A stretch of 64,000 nucleotides of DNA from Carcharhinus longimanus (Eukaryota). Below, in pieces: positions 48,595 through 62,376 of the stretch. Position 1 is the first letter of the stretch. Each line of letters begins with the position of its first letter. The stretch covers positions 85,274,419-85,338,418 of the forward strand of contig JASCQW010000027.1 of assembly GCA_030264375.1 (NCBI GenBank), read 5' to 3'. A program made the translations under genes and the position numbers. A model generated the notes under the pieces. It saw nothing but the letters and a program-made list of their open reading frames with translations, had not been told where the DNA came from and searched no databases.

Positions 48595-49575
48595 TATAGA
48601 AACATAGAAAACTAGAAGCAGGAGTAGGCCATTCTCCTGCCATTCAGCTGATCATCAAATTCAATATCCTGATCCCCCATTTCCCCCATATCCCTTGATC
48701 CCTTTAGCCCCAAGAGTTATATCTAAAATTTCTTCTTGAAATCAGGCAACGTTTGGCCTCAACTACAATTCTGTGGAAATAAATTCCAAACATTTACCAT
48801 CTCTGGGTGAAGAAATTTCTCCTCACCTCAGTTCTAAAAGATTTATCCCTTATCCTCAAACTATGACCCCGAGTTCTCGACTCCCCCACCATTGGGAACA
48901 TTTCCAAATCTATCCTGTCTAGCCCTGTTAGAATTTTATAAGTTTCTATGAGATCTCCTCTCAATCTTCTATACTCCTGTGAATATAACCCTAACTGACT
49001 TAATCTCTCCTCATATGACAGACCTGCCATCCCATGAATCAGCCTCGTAAACCTTCACTGTACCCCCCCTATAGTAAGGACATCCATCCTCAGATAAGGA
49101 CACCAAAACTGTACACAGCACTCCAGGTGAGGCCTCACCAATGCCCTATACAGTTGCAACGAAACATCCCAATCCCTGTAGCCAAATCCTTTTGCTATGA
49201 AGGCCAACAGATCATTTGCCTTCTTTACTGCTTCTGTACCTGCGCACTTTCTTTCAGTGACTGGTGCATGAGGACACCAAGGTTTCACTGAATATCCAGC
49301 TCTCCCAATTTACATCCATTCAAGTAATAAACTGTCTTCCTATTATTGCTACCAAAATAGATAACTTCACATTTGTCCACATTATACTGCATCTGCCGTG
49401 AATATGCCCACACACTCAGCCAGTCCAAATCACACTGAAGTATCTCTGCATTCTCCTCACAGCTCACCCTTCCACTCAACTTTATATCATCTGCGCATTT
49501 GGAGATAACACATTCAGTTCCCCCTTCCAAATCACTAATATGTAATGTGAACAGTTGGGGCCCGAGCACAGATCC
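48595..49575 (-). mobile_element. CR1 LINE RT and 3' end, nested in an older CR1 tail
   Basis: LGPQLFTLHISDL..SKCADDIKL; LYRALVRPHLECCVQFWCP; LSYEERL..RLRGDLIETYKIL..RTRGHSL; (catagaaa)n tail. Confidence 0.93.
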
Positions 49576-50157
49576 TTGTCATTCATCCTTCATGTATCTA
49601 TCTATCTTCCCTTTAAATGTCATCTATACAATTCACCTCAAATACTCCCACGCAGTGGCAAGTTCCAAATTCAAAATACTTTCTGGAAAAAAGTCATTTT
49701 CCCTCACTAAACTCCACAAGAGCTTTCTGCTATTGATGCGGTTCAAATCATAAGGATGCATTTGGGACTAATGACAAAGGGATTGTTGTCATTAGGGTTA
49801 TGGAACATATGAAAGGCCTGATTTTTCTTATTATACATCTAGCTATGACCAGGGATATAACCTCACAGATTTACTGCATGGTGAAACTGTGCTAACTTCA
49901 GAAGCTAGTAATTACATGGCATTGAATTGCCAGTTTTGATTTGGCTCTGCTTAGACTGTGTATGTGACTGTAGAACACTATTACTATTTGCTTTACTGCT
50001 GGAGACCAATTCCATTCCCCACCCACAATTCTAACTCCTTCTCCTGATTAATAGGGAGCTACAAGAAATGCAACACATGGTCTAGCATGAGAAAAAATGG
50101 GACTTCACTTTCACTGGAAATCGAACTCAACATTGGAGCTATGTATTAACATCCTTG

Positions 50158-50362
50158 TGCCTGTGAGGCTCCGATTTCCTCCCACAGTCCAAAGATGTGC
50201 AGATGAGGTTGATTGACCATTCTAAATTGCCCCTTAATGTGAAGGGGATTATCAGCATGAATATATGGGGTTATGGGGATAGAGCCTGGGTGGGATTGTT
50301 GTCAGTGCAGGCTCAATGGACCAAATGGCCTCCTTCTGCACAGTAGGGATTCTATGATTCTA
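50158..50362 (+). mobile_element. HE1-type SINE 3' half
   Basis: tttcctcccacagtccaaagatgtgc..gggattctatgattcta. Confidence 0.88.
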
Positions 50363-52269
50363 TTATTTGTGGATGTACACAGCAATTGTGATTGTGTGAC
50401 ACATGGTTGGCATGTTTTTTGCTGTACAAGTTGAAACTAGGCTGTAAGACATGTTAGTGCTTTTGATAAGGCTGAATAGTAAGCACAATGGGAAAAGCTA
50501 GAATAACGAGGCAAAATGAATAGGGAGAATAATATTCTGCTGATTGATTTTGATTTTTATGGTAAGCATGAATGACAATGTAAAGTGAGCCAGGCTAATG
50601 AGGTCTGACTGTACTGTGCTCTATTAAGGATTAAGAACAGGGAGGGGGAAATGAATCAACATTCCATGCCTTCTGGGAATATAATTTTAGATTAAAAAGA
50701 ATAATTTCTCTCCAGATCAAAGTGAAGCCAGGGATAGACTAAATTCCAGTGTTAAGTAAGCAAGCATTGAATGAACCTCCATATTCAAGAGAATGGTTTG
50801 AAGGAAAGTGAGGCATTGTCGATTCTGAAAGGTCCAGAATTTATTTACATTGAACAAATCATCTCAACACAAAGAGTACAATTGTTTTCCTGGCTGGGTT
50901 TTTGGTCCAATGATTTAATGTAATGCAGTACTCCAGTGAAAGTGAAGTCCCATTCCTTCTCATGCTAGAAAGACCATGTATTGCATTTCTCATAGACTCA
51001 CCATCAATCAGGAGAAGGAGTTACAAGTGGGGGGAGCTGGTCTCCAGCAGAGAAGCAAAACAGGCTTCTAAAAATAGGCACAATTTTTGGAGAATGGTCC
51101 ACTTTGCTTTTTCTTGACCTTGATCAATTTGCCATTTGCACTTTGTTGTTTTGCATTACAGTTCCAAACCAATTTCACCCCAATGTCCAAGAAACATAAT
51201 AAATGTGACCATTGATTTGAAACGCAATGCTTATAGCAACACAATGATCAAATGCAAAACCGAAGGAGTGTAAGGATGTAAAGCCAATTGTCTGCAAGAA
51301 ATTATTTAATTTGAAGCCACCCAGGTATCAACCACAAACATAACAAACTAATTTCATCAGTGAGTGTTTGGGGGTTGGGGGGAAAAATGTCAAGGCTGCT
51401 CGCTGCAGCAGCTACTCATTGGCATCCCATGGGTGACTGCTTCTCCATCACAAGTAATGACACATATTCAATGGGTTATAAAGTGGTCTTAGGTGGAGTG
51501 TAAAATGGATGGCAGATTGGCTACTGCCTATTTTACCCTGCCTCTTCTACTCCACTCCCCCCACAAGAACTTATACCCAGTGATATGTCAACCCCAATAT
51601 GAGACGGGATATTCCAATGACATGTTAACAAGAGGAAAATCTTCCACGATGGATTCAGCATTATGTGCTGTGGTGCTGATACAGCATTGGGACAGGACAT
51701 TTAACATTTGAATCTCCAAGGAGTTGTAATCAAACGGGGCACACCTCACTGCATGATCTGTGTCTGGAATTTTCAAAATGTAAAAGACAAATTCTGCTTT
51801 TGCTTTCTCCAGGAGCAGTCAATTTACATTTTCCTCAGCTGGAATCAAGACGTACAGAAGTGGATTTCCATCATTCCTCAAGGTGGACTGTGTGACACAG
51901 GAATTGGGCCTTGGTGGCAGCTCTGCCCATATCATTTAAACATGCCCCAAATTCAATGGTATCCCCTTGGGTAAAGGTCACTTCCAGCCAAAATACAGTG
52001 CTGGGGGAGGGAAATCCTGCCCAGTTTAGGCTTATCATATTCATGAACCATTTTCTACATGTGAATCTAGATTTTCATCCTGTACGAACAGTAGCAGAAA
52101 GGAAATAATCAACTTGCATTTATATAGCATGTTTAATATTATGCTTTATATTATAATCCTATAAATCCTAAATCCTATACTTTTTACTTCACTTTAACTT
52201 GCTGATGTATTCATCTTGTAACTAATTCAGAAACACCCTGCACTGAATGGACAAAGTGCTTCCCAGTTT

Positions 52270-52700
52270 TCAGAACTCATCCCTAACTCTCTCCCCATCT
52301 CCTTGGATTCTGAACCCTCATTTCCCAGTCTCCCTATCTTACTAATCTCCTATTCTGCTGTGTCCCTGCCTTACAAAGACTCCAATACCGAATCTCCCTC
52401 TTTTACCAATTGCCTATTCTCCCATGTCCCTGCTATTACAGATACCCCATTTCCCATTCTCCTCCTCTCCCCTTTCTCCCCTTTACCCCATCTTCCTTTA
52501 TTATTGATGCCCATTCCACACTCTTCATCTCTTTGACCCATTCCCTAGTTTTGCTGCTTTCCCTGATCCCCAATCTCTTGCTACTCGAGCTCACATTGCC
52601 TATTGACCCTCTTTCCACAATCCCTTATTTCCTGGACTCCCTAGTCAATTCACCCTCTTCAAAGTCATCATGCAAATCCTTAGAAAGCCTATGACCAATA
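52270..52700. repeat. Pyrimidine-rich low-complexity tract
   Basis: Strong C/T strand bias over ~430 bp. Confidence 0.6.
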
Positions 52701-55307
52701 TGGGGCCTCATTCAACATAATCCCTCATATATTTTAACAATTTAAACTTGTACTGTTTCAATCTATTCAAACTGCTGGAACTTTGATAGTTTCCTGTTTT
52801 TAATGCTTCTAATTGGTGCTAAATATCATTTTCACAAAGTCATTTGAAAACATTTCATCCAGTGGAGAGGATTTTTCTGTATTCACGATTTCCTAAGAAA
52901 TTGTAAGCTGTGGTATAAAGTATGAATTTACTATTTTGTTCAGTACTGAAGGAAGGAAATTTCCTCTCTCCCAGCTAGTCTATCCAATGTAGTATTTTGC
53001 ATGTGGTGGATGTGGTGTTGGAGGGTGCAGGGATGTATGGAGGAGGACAAGGGAGCTGTATGTTACAGTTTTACCCAATGTCAGGGAAGGGGTTAACCAT
53101 CAATATAAATAGATACAGAAAAGGTAGAGATTTACATTCCACTGACTACTCCCTTCCAATGTTTTTTTTTCTGTTTGAAAGAAAGCGCTAACCTTGATGT
53201 GAAACTATGCTCCTCATAGATTATTAAACCCAAAAGAAATGGTTTGAAACCTTTTCAGTTATCTTCAGGATTCTTTATTTATAATGCTGCTATTTATCAT
53301 CCAAGTTTATAAATTTAAGCTCGCAGAAAGCCTTCAGAACACAGTAGGTCATCCATTCAACATTTGGTTACATTAGTATTAGACTCGAGTAAGTAAAGCC
53401 TCTAACCTACGAGCCCTTTTATTATTTTGAGCCAGTAACCTTGACTATACATATTTCTTTGCCGAACAGAAAAGAATTTCTAGCACTACTTTGGAGGACA
53501 GTAAGAGAAATCACTGCTTGTAATTTGTATAACTTCTGATCAACTGCACTTTGTCAAGCACTTTACTTTAAACTAGTAATAAACAAGCCCACAGTAGTTT
53601 ATTGACTTTTGCAACTTTGTGTCATCAGTGGCTATGCAGAATTGGAATATGATTCCATTTAGATTTTAAATGTTAAAAAGGTGTACCATACGAAAAGGCT
53701 TTGTTTTTCCAACTTGTTGAACTGTAGTGCACATTTCATTGGTATAGTTTGGATGAAATGTTGCTGTCTACAGTTTAAAATTCCAGGTCTTATTTTCAGA
53801 GTATTTGATCCCATCTCCAAATATTATTATAAACTAACAGGATAGAAAAGGGGGACAAAAAGCCCAGGCACCGCTTGTTGGTGCAATGTGGAAGTTCAAC
53901 TGAGTTCTATTTCAGGTTTTTGAGTGGCGCTAATAATTGTGGAATGCCAGGTTCTGCAGAGTAGGTACACTTGAATAACCACATCATGGCTGTTGAATAG
54001 AGAGTCACCTAACTGACAGAAAGCAAGGCTTGCAACGTGCAACAGTGAAGCTGTTAAACCCCTGGTATGGCACATGGGGGGAACCCAGGCTAGTTGTTTC
54101 TACAAATATTTTGTCAAATGATGTAGTTGGGTAGATAAAAGGAAGCCAGCTTTGCAGATTAGGCCTTGAAAAACTTTGGAAAGGCTAAGGGAGAGGAGAG
54201 AGGTACTGGTTAGTACGGATTAACACTCCCCTAGAAGTCCCTGAGTGTAAAAGGATATTGGGATGAAGATGTCAGCTTGACAAAACCCCCTAAACCAAGC
54301 AAATAATTTTGTTATATTTGACACATACCTGCCACAAGGAGGCACGTAGAACAACCATCTCTGATAACTTTCATTCTTTTATGATACCTTATGCAAAGCC
54401 ATACTAGGGTGCTACCTAGATTTAGACTTACCATAATAGAAGGAGCATAAGGAATGCTTTGTATGAATAGTGGCATTAAGGATGTCTGTCCATTATACAA
54501 TAACCAGATGCTTATGGCAACCTGCTGCACAGCAGACATTCGTAAAGAGGTTCACACCAGAACTTTTCAACCGGGATTTTGTCAACAGCATTCCTGTGTA
54601 CCGGAACTGTGTACCAATTCCACTTTCTCTCTTTTTCCCATTCTCACTCAATTATAATTAAAATTCTAAGTGTTGATGGTGTACATGGAAAACACGTGTG
54701 ATTCAGTGGTGGGGGAAGCTTTTCATTGGTAAAACCCCTGTCAGCTGACAATGCAGCAGGTTTGGGCAGGGTATGAAATAGTCTCCTGGTCAAATAGGGA
54801 GATTCTGCATCACGGCTACCAAGTTCCTGTTCAACTCCATTGCCAGTAATATAAGAGTTGAGAGCAGAAAGGAGGTACGGGGATTTTCAAAATTAAATTT
54901 TATGTGTCAATATTTCACATTACATTGGTTTCACATTATTTGTGTGTGCATCACGGTTATTAATTGAGATGAGTTTAGTCAGAGAGCTCAATGTGCTGCC
55001 ATACCCCATGGTCAGCACAAATTGATGATTACAGGGGAGTTAGGGAAATTTCCTTCATTGTGGAAGAAATAATGTTGTGTTCCTTTTGGTCACTCTTTCT
55101 TGAATGTTCACATTAACATCCAGTTTTGGACTCACGCCTCTGTGGGACATAGCTGAACTTATAGACTCAGCTGGCTCTCCCTTCTACACATTGCGAAGGA
55201 TGCTGTCCAAGAGCAATCTCAATGGGGACAATTGAAATGTGGTAGGTGAACTCCAAGCCCTGCATGGACTCTATCAGCCAATACTCTGAGGTGAACACAT
55301 TAGGGCA

Positions 55308-55422
55308 ACAGGATATAAGCAAAATACTGCAGATTCTGGAATCTAAAACAAAAACAGAAAATGCTGGAAAATCTCAGCAGGTTTGTCAGCATCTGTAGAG
55401 AGAGAATAGAGTCAACGTTTTG
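55308..55422 (-). mobile_element. Penelope-type terminal repeat entering a gap
   Basis: Reverse-orientation match to 32740-32845 (gcaaaatactg..aatgctggaaaatctcagcagg..gagtcaacgtt). Confidence 0.75.
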
Positions 55423-56659
55423 NNNNNNNNNNNNNNNNNNNNNNNNNNNNNNNNNNNNNNNNNNNNNNNNNNNNNNNNNNNNNNNNNNNNNNNNNNNNNN
55501 NNNNNNNNNNNNNNNNNNNNNNCAGCCAATACTCTGAGGTGAACACATTAGGGCACTACTGATCTTGCCCTTTAAGTCCCCTAACCGTCTTGTCTTGACT
55601 GACTGTCATCACCAATACACTCCCCACCACACCCGAGACAGCAGGTCCACCCACTTCACTCCTCCATGCCATCAACCTCACCCTCTGTCCTCCCCTCAAT
55701 CCGTCTTTCACTCCCTTATGCCCCCAACCAATTCCAGAAGGCCTCTCATTGCTGACTCACCATTGTTAGCCATGAGCCTTATGTAAGTCTATTCTCCTGC
55801 TTCCCTCCCCCGTGTCATAAACTTAAACCCAAGAAAACCGCTGACCTTATCCAAAACTGTACCAAGGCAATTGGTGCACACCACCTTTAGTCAATTGTAA
55901 ACCAGGCAGCACTCAATTCTCATTTGTCACTGACTTTATTTCAAAGGTAGGACTTTATTGAAAATTGTTTCATTTTAATGAGTATTCATAGTATGCAAAT
56001 GCATTAAAGTATGAACCAGCCACAGGCCAATGTAATGTTTGACACACCGCTAACGCATTGCTAAATGTATCTTGGTATTTCGACCCACCTTCAGGAAATC
56101 AAAATTTGGCATCCTGCCTAATTAATTCACATTTGCTTTCCTTATAGATTCCATTAAGTTCTCCCACTGCCAACACCATATCCCCCACCCCCAACACTGC
56201 CACTTCATTTTAATGTTATGTCATCAGGTTAAAATCCAGTGCTGAGTGAGCTACAAATTTAACTCCCAGTTTTGGCAGATTTCATGACCTAAAGCTTCAC
56301 TGTGCAAGCAGTTTGATTCCTACAACAGACAAGTGGCGTGCTTCCTCTGCTAATTAGTTATAATTCAGGAAATAACAACGTAGGTCTTCAACACTGCAGT
56401 GCATGGAAGCTGTTTCCTCACAAGATCACCTTGGCAACATATACCAAACAGCCAGGAAATGCACTTTACTCTGCACTTCTAAAATCAATCCTCAAATAAT
56501 ACAAGTGAGCTACTGGCAACAATAACTTGCAGGCAATAATGCTTCATTTATAATCCATCATTCTAAACCACATAAAGCACAGAATTAATGAATAATGAAA
56601 ATTGTTACTCTCATCATATTCTTTCAACTCTCAGTCTTCCTATTCGTACACAATGAAAG

Positions 56660-56940
56660 CCAATGACATTTTCCAGCATTTCCTTGGAGATGAACACAGG
56701 ATGCAGAGATGTTGAGGAAGTTCATCTACTTGGATAAGCGGGCACTGTTGGGAATTTACATCAAGATGCAACAACAGAAGCAACTAACAATCCATCACTA
56801 ACATTTTGTCTTCTGTTTCACAAGGAAAGCCAAAATTGTTTTAAAGGCAAATGAACACAGAATTCTCGGCAATTTGAGAAGGAAAGTTGGTGATGGTTCA
56901 TAACCAATGGTGTGTCCGTAGCGCATACCCCAGAATTGGA
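56660..56940 (+). mobile_element. Possible ancient RTE ORF fragment
   Basis: DVE[fs]KFIYL[fs]G and KAKIV resemble the RTE 'V..F.YLGS..RI.KA' motif. Confidence 0.3.
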
Positions 56941-57377
56941 GCTCAGGCCTTGCAATAAGCATTTGAATTAACTGTTACCCCCTACAGGCAGCTCACCTGT
57001 CGTAAGGGAAGAGAACTACTGCCACTCTGGAAATGTGTTTTTTGAAATGAAAGCATTAACTGATTGATGGTGACTGCAGCTGAAGAATCCAAATGCCTGC
57101 TCTGTTCAGTGCCAGTTGAATCTCATGCAAGGGTCTTTATACAGGCAAGAAGTCCCTTAGTTACGTATGCGAGTCCCCGTAATACCTGTTTCATGTATGT
57201 GACACAGATGTCTGGGAAGCCACCTATGCCAATATGTTTCCCGCAACCCACCCCCCCTCCCTGCCACACCCAACCCCCCTCTGCCCCAATGCCCCAAGGA
57301 ACTGATTGCACTCTTCCATTTTACACCAGTGAAACAGCTGCCTCAAGCTTCAGTTTTACCTGCAATTTCTGCAGCCA

Positions 57378-57639
57378 TAGAGGGGGCAGTTTTTGTACAA
57401 AGCGTGCAGGAAGGTTTTTTGACTCAGTATGTGGATAGGCCAACTAGAGGTGAGGCTATATTGNNNNNNNNNNNNNNNNNNNNNNNNNNNNNNNNNNNNN
57501 NNNNNNNNNNNNNNNNNNNNNNNNNNNNNNNNNNNNNNNNNNNNNNNNNNNNNNNNNNNNNNNTTTTTAACTGGTCGGCGCAACATCGTGGGCCGAAGGG
57601 CCTGTTCTGCGCTGTAATGTTCTATGTTCTATGTTCTAT
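57378..57639 (+). mobile_element. Young CR1 (endonuclease start, gap, 3' tail)
   Basis: FVQSVQEGFLTQYVDRPTRGEAIL; tail identical to 33691-33760. Confidence 0.9.
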
Positions 57640-57650
57640 TTCTCCAATTT

Positions 57651-57925
57651 GCAGCATGTTTGCACAGTAGTTAGCACTGCTGCTTCATGTACCAGGGTTC
57701 TAGGTTCAATTCCCAGCTTGGGTCACTGACCATGCAGACTCTGCACATTCTCCCAGTGTCTGCATGAGTTTCCTCTGGATGCTCGGGTTTCCTCCCACAT
57801 TCCGAAAAACATGCTGGTTATGGGCATTGACCTGAACAGGTGCCTGAGTGTAGTGACTAGGGGATGTTCACAGTGTTAATGTAAGCCTACTTTTGACACT
57901 AATAAATAAACTTAAACTTAAAACT
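57651..57925 (+). mobile_element. HE1-related SINE, alternative tail
   Basis: Head plus gacactaataaataaacttaaactt end. Confidence 0.88.
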
Positions 57926-58354
57926 TAATATCTCTCCCCAAATTCAGCAGATCATAGGCAGAATCCCTGAATGTGTAAACAGAGATAGAGGAGCCACTGT
58001 GGAGATTCAATTCCAGCAAATATGACATCTGTTATGGACCAGGTATGTTCAGGTTTTATTGTCTTTTGTGGGTCACATCAGCTAATAAGATGGAGCCTCT
58101 AAAGGGCCAAATGTAAAGTGCAGTTCATGTAACTCAAACTGCTGCTGATATTAACCAAACTAAACATTTCTGATTTAGGAGGCAACAAGACTAAAAGCAG
58201 ATTATCTGAATCTGCCTGGCCCATAAAATTCAACTAAGAAATGAGAATTGTCGTCAGGTTCTTGTGGTTTATGGGTTGTACTTTTCCAGTAGACCTGTGA
58301 CCCACAGGAATATGCAGCCTATGGCAATCAACATACAAAATGGTGAGCAACAAG

Positions 58355-58505
58355 GCTCGGCACGGGAGCACAGTGGTTAGCATTGCTGCCTCACAGCGCC
58401 AGGGACCTGAGTTTGATTCCCAGCTTGGGTCATTATCGGTGCAGAACTTGCATGTTCTCTTTGTGTTTGCCTGGGTTTCCTCCCACAATCTGAAAGATGT
58501 GCTTT
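58355..58505 (+). mobile_element. HE1-related SINE 5' part
   Basis: gcacagtggttagcattgctgcctcacagcgccaggga. Confidence 0.85.
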
Positions 58506-59684
58506 TTTTCCATTAAGTCTTTCTTTTCCTCAATAATGTGAATCAAATCTGTTCGCAGCCTGGATGTTACTGTTATCATACGTCCTAACTAAAATAGTGG
58601 TGCAAAGAATTTGACATGAGCACGTTATGTGTTCAAACAAAAATCACTCACAAGACTTTCCAATTCAAACTCCTGAATATTGCACCTAAATGCTTCTAAT
58701 CCACAGAAGTACTCAAGCCAAATGTCCAAAATATCCATTCATTTTCACGATTTTGTTCCAATCTGTTTTCATAGGACAACTGCACATTTCTCTCCCCACC
58801 CCTGTCCCACCCCAAATCATCTCCAAACCCCAGCCCTGGCAGCAGAAAACCATTCTCCCTGAGATATATCTGTCATGGTAAACTCCAATCCAATTCCTAT
58901 CCAGATTTATTCAATCCCGTTTTGGAAACAGCTCAGCTTGTTCGCAGTCTTTTCATCTTGAAATTGTCCTAAACAAAAACATGGGATCTTGACATTTTCA
59001 AGTGAATTATTGCTATTCTTGTGTTTCATATGATCATGTTTTGCCCCATGGTATTATCTCTGTGCTAATTTATTCAAGTGTTGGGACTGGGATTAATTTC
59101 TTATCCCGCATCCCCAACCATGCTTCTAACCCCATTCCTCCTCCATCTCTGCTCCCCACCCCTGCCACAGCTCCCTCTGATAATACTGAGGAGAGAATCT
59201 TTTAGTCAGTTGTCAGAGTGCAAATCAATTTAACTTTCTATGTCCATGTTTAAAATTGACAGTTCAGGAACTGAAGATGGCAATAGTTCTCTCCCTATGA
59301 GTGGAGTTAAGGCCATATGCCAGCCTAGATAAGGTTGTTAAATATACATTGGTTGTTGCAGCTGTACCTGGAATTACATTCTTATTTCTATTTTAATGGG
59401 ATGCTGAAATGATGGACACATTTTTTCCATAGATATGGGATGGCTGTTTCATATAAATGTGCAAACCAAATTAAAATTGATAAAAGCAAGAAAATGAAAT
59501 GTACCCTTTTCCTGATGTATTAGGGATAAATACAATCCAGACTGAGCACTCATGAAATGTAGACTAATAAAGAATTTGCTGCAATCCTGAAAGAAATCTA
59601 TGATACTTTATTTCACTTATCACATTTCTTCTGAAGTATGACGTCCCTCTCCCATGGGGTAAATTTATTCACACCGTCCTAACA

Positions 59685-59977
59685 TGCCTCACAGCACTGG
59701 GGACCCAGGTTCGATTCCCGGCCTCGGGTCACTGTCTGTGGGGAGTTTGCACATTCTCCCCTGCGTGGATTTCCTCTGGGTGCTCCGGTTTCCTCCTATA
59801 GACCAAAAATGTGCAGGTTAGGTGGATTGGCCATGCTAAATTGTCCATTAGTGTCAAGGGATTAGCAGGGCAAATACATGGCGTTACAGCCATAGGGCCT
59901 GGGTAGGATTGTGTTCAGTGAAGACTCGATGGGCTGAATGGCCTCCTTCTGCACTGTAAGATTCTATGATTCTATGA
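59685..59977 (+). mobile_element. HE1-type SINE
   Basis: B box ggttcgattccc, V-domain, tail gattctatgattctatga. Confidence 0.9.
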
Positions 59978-60061
59978 TACTGTTTGTTTTTTCATTACTG
60001 ATACATAGTATATAAAAAAAAAGAATGAGCAAAAATATGGAACAAGAACAAAAGCCAATAT

Positions 60062-60265
60062 CAGAGCATAAGAGATAGGAGCAGGCAAAGGCCATTCAGG
60101 CCATGAGCCTACTCCGCCTTTCAATAACTTCATTGCTAATCAGATTATGGCAGTACTTGCTTGCTTGTCCTCAATAACTCTTGATTCCCTTGTCAATCTG
60201 TTTAGCTAGACTTTAATATGTTCAATGACCCAACCTCCACTGCTCTTTTGGAAAGAGAATTCAGA
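60062..60265 (-). mobile_element. CR1 3' end fragment
   Basis: cataagagataggagcagg..ggccattca..ttcaatgaccca. Confidence 0.7.
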
Positions 60266-60817
60266 ACCTTTCAGTCCATCTGGCCTGTTGAACCTTAGAT
60301 CCCCACAGGGCATGTACTGTTTACTTTACCATGTACTCACAGATAAGTTAATCAATGAATTATTAAATACTTTTGCTGGCATTTCATGCATTTACTATTT
60401 TGTGAGTAAGAAGTTCTTAATGCACAGACCTTGAATAGGAGGTGAATCAAATAAAAATGATTGAACGAGCTATGAATAATTATTGGGGGATTTTCTCAGA
60501 CCTGGACTTAAAACAGTGAGGGCAAACTCAGTATAGTGGGTATGATATCTCTTTGAAATAATGTTGTCCTGATTTTGCAGGGTTCACCGAGGACAATCCC
60601 ACTAAATATTTGTGGCACATACCAGTATCGGCTTATTTCAGAAGTTTGCTGACATGGGAGAGATGGGAAATGGCGTAAGTGCAGTTCTTAAAGCTATTTA
60701 AAAGCTCTTAGTTATCTTTTATTCAGCTGCCACAAAAGTCATGGCTGTAGAAAGGAGCAGGCCAACCCCACCCTCTAATGACAATTACAAGATTCAGTTG
60801 AGAACAGAATCAGGATT

Positions 60818-60940
60818 GGCGCAAATTGGTTGCTCCTCTTCCTACATTGCAACAATGATGACACTTCACATGTACCTCATTGTCTGTAAAACATTGTAGA
60901 ACATCCTGAGGTCATGAAACGTGCTATATAAATGCAGGTT
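60818..60940 (+). mobile_element. DeuSINE 3' tail
   Basis: gcaaattgg..ttcctacatt..tcctgaggtcatgaaa..gctatataaatgca. Confidence 0.7.
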
Positions 60941-61144
60941 AATTTGATGATTGCCAAAGTAATGAAACACTCCATAATAACAGTTGTTAACTTAGACAAA
61001 ATGTAAGTGAGTGTGGGCATGTTATTCTCTTTCCAGTAAATAAATGCCAACATACAATAATGACACAAGAGCACTGCTCTAGTCACCTTACTTGTAAAGT
61101 AAGCGGGCGCATCAGAAAGGTTTGACATGGTATATCAGCATACC

Positions 61145-61445
61145 TGGGTGGCACAGTGGCTAGCACTTCTGCCTCACAGCGCCAGGGACTTGAGTTCGAT
61201 TCCTGGCTTGGATCACTATCTGTGTGGAGTTCGCATGTCCTCCCCATGTCTGCATGATTTTCCTCCGGGTGCTCCAGTTCCCTCCCACAGTCGGAAAGAC
61301 ATACTGGTTAGATGCATTAGCCATGCTAAGTTCTCCCTCAGTGTACCTGAACAGACACCGGAGTGTGGTGACTTGGAGATTTTCACTGTGACTTCATTGA
61401 AATCTTAATGTAAGGCTACTTGTGACACTCAAAGATAAACCTTTA
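61145..61445 (+). mobile_element. HE1-related SINE, alternative tail
   Basis: Same architecture as 20695-20997. Confidence 0.88.
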
Positions 61446-62376
61446 AAACAAACACAAGCAACTAGACCAATGTTTCCCCAACACTTGGGATCAATGCCCC
61501 TGAAATAGTAGTTTATTTCACAGTATGAATCAGATTAGTATGTATTTTCAGTGATATTTACTCAGCAATAAGAGGGAAGCTATTTCCTTGTTGAATTGAA
61601 GAAGCCACATTAAAACACGTGACAAGCATATCAGCATGAGTCTGAATATGCAACAGATTTCATCATTCCAAGGAACGGAAAGCTGAGTCTTGGCTTCTGG
61701 TACTTTGTTTTTGAAGCATTTCCCTGACCCCACTTTTCTATTAACTGTTACACCGGCACCAAACGGCGTAACAGATCACTGAAATGCTGAACCACCCTAT
61801 TGCAGACCACACACTGCCACGGACATCTGGACATAATCTCAACCTTTACTGCCGAATTTCAGAATGAACCTCGCCTACAAGATACTTTTCTGAAAAAAAG
61901 CCTGTCAGGGAATGTGTTACATTTTATTTAAAACAATTTAGCTTTTATCACATTCACATACCAAAAGGGTGAGCTATACTGTCGGGTAGATAGGTACATG
62001 AAAGCAGGAGAAATATGTGATGAATTCCTTTTTGTTCCATTATCGCCTCCTCAGCTTATCTTTGCTCAAACCCCTTTCAGATTTGATGGGATTCATCAAT
62101 CAAATTTTAATTCATGTTGTCCTCTCTAAGTTGTATGTATATTTGTTTCTATTTTAAATATAGAAATTGGTTCCTCTTAAAACATCTTGCACATTGTCAC
62201 GTTTGTGCAACCGTCTTTTCTTGTTTCCAACTCGACATTATTTGTATCCACCAGTTTTGTTCAGAATCCCAGATGAAAGGTTAAGGCCAGTGCCGCAGGA
62301 TACCACCAAGGTTGAAAAGGCAAGATTAATGAAGAGAGAGCAAATGAACAATGCTCAGCTTCTGTTTTAATAGCAT

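Noticed and set aside
56998-57027. 30-nt minus-strand exon candidate
   Set aside because: A-rich weak acceptor, unrecognised peptide, and opposite strand to the other candidates
61735-61800. Minus-strand FGAGVTV resembling an Ig/TCR J segment, overlapping a small hairpin
   Set aside because: Lacks FGxGT, canonical RSS heptamer/nonamer and a splice donor
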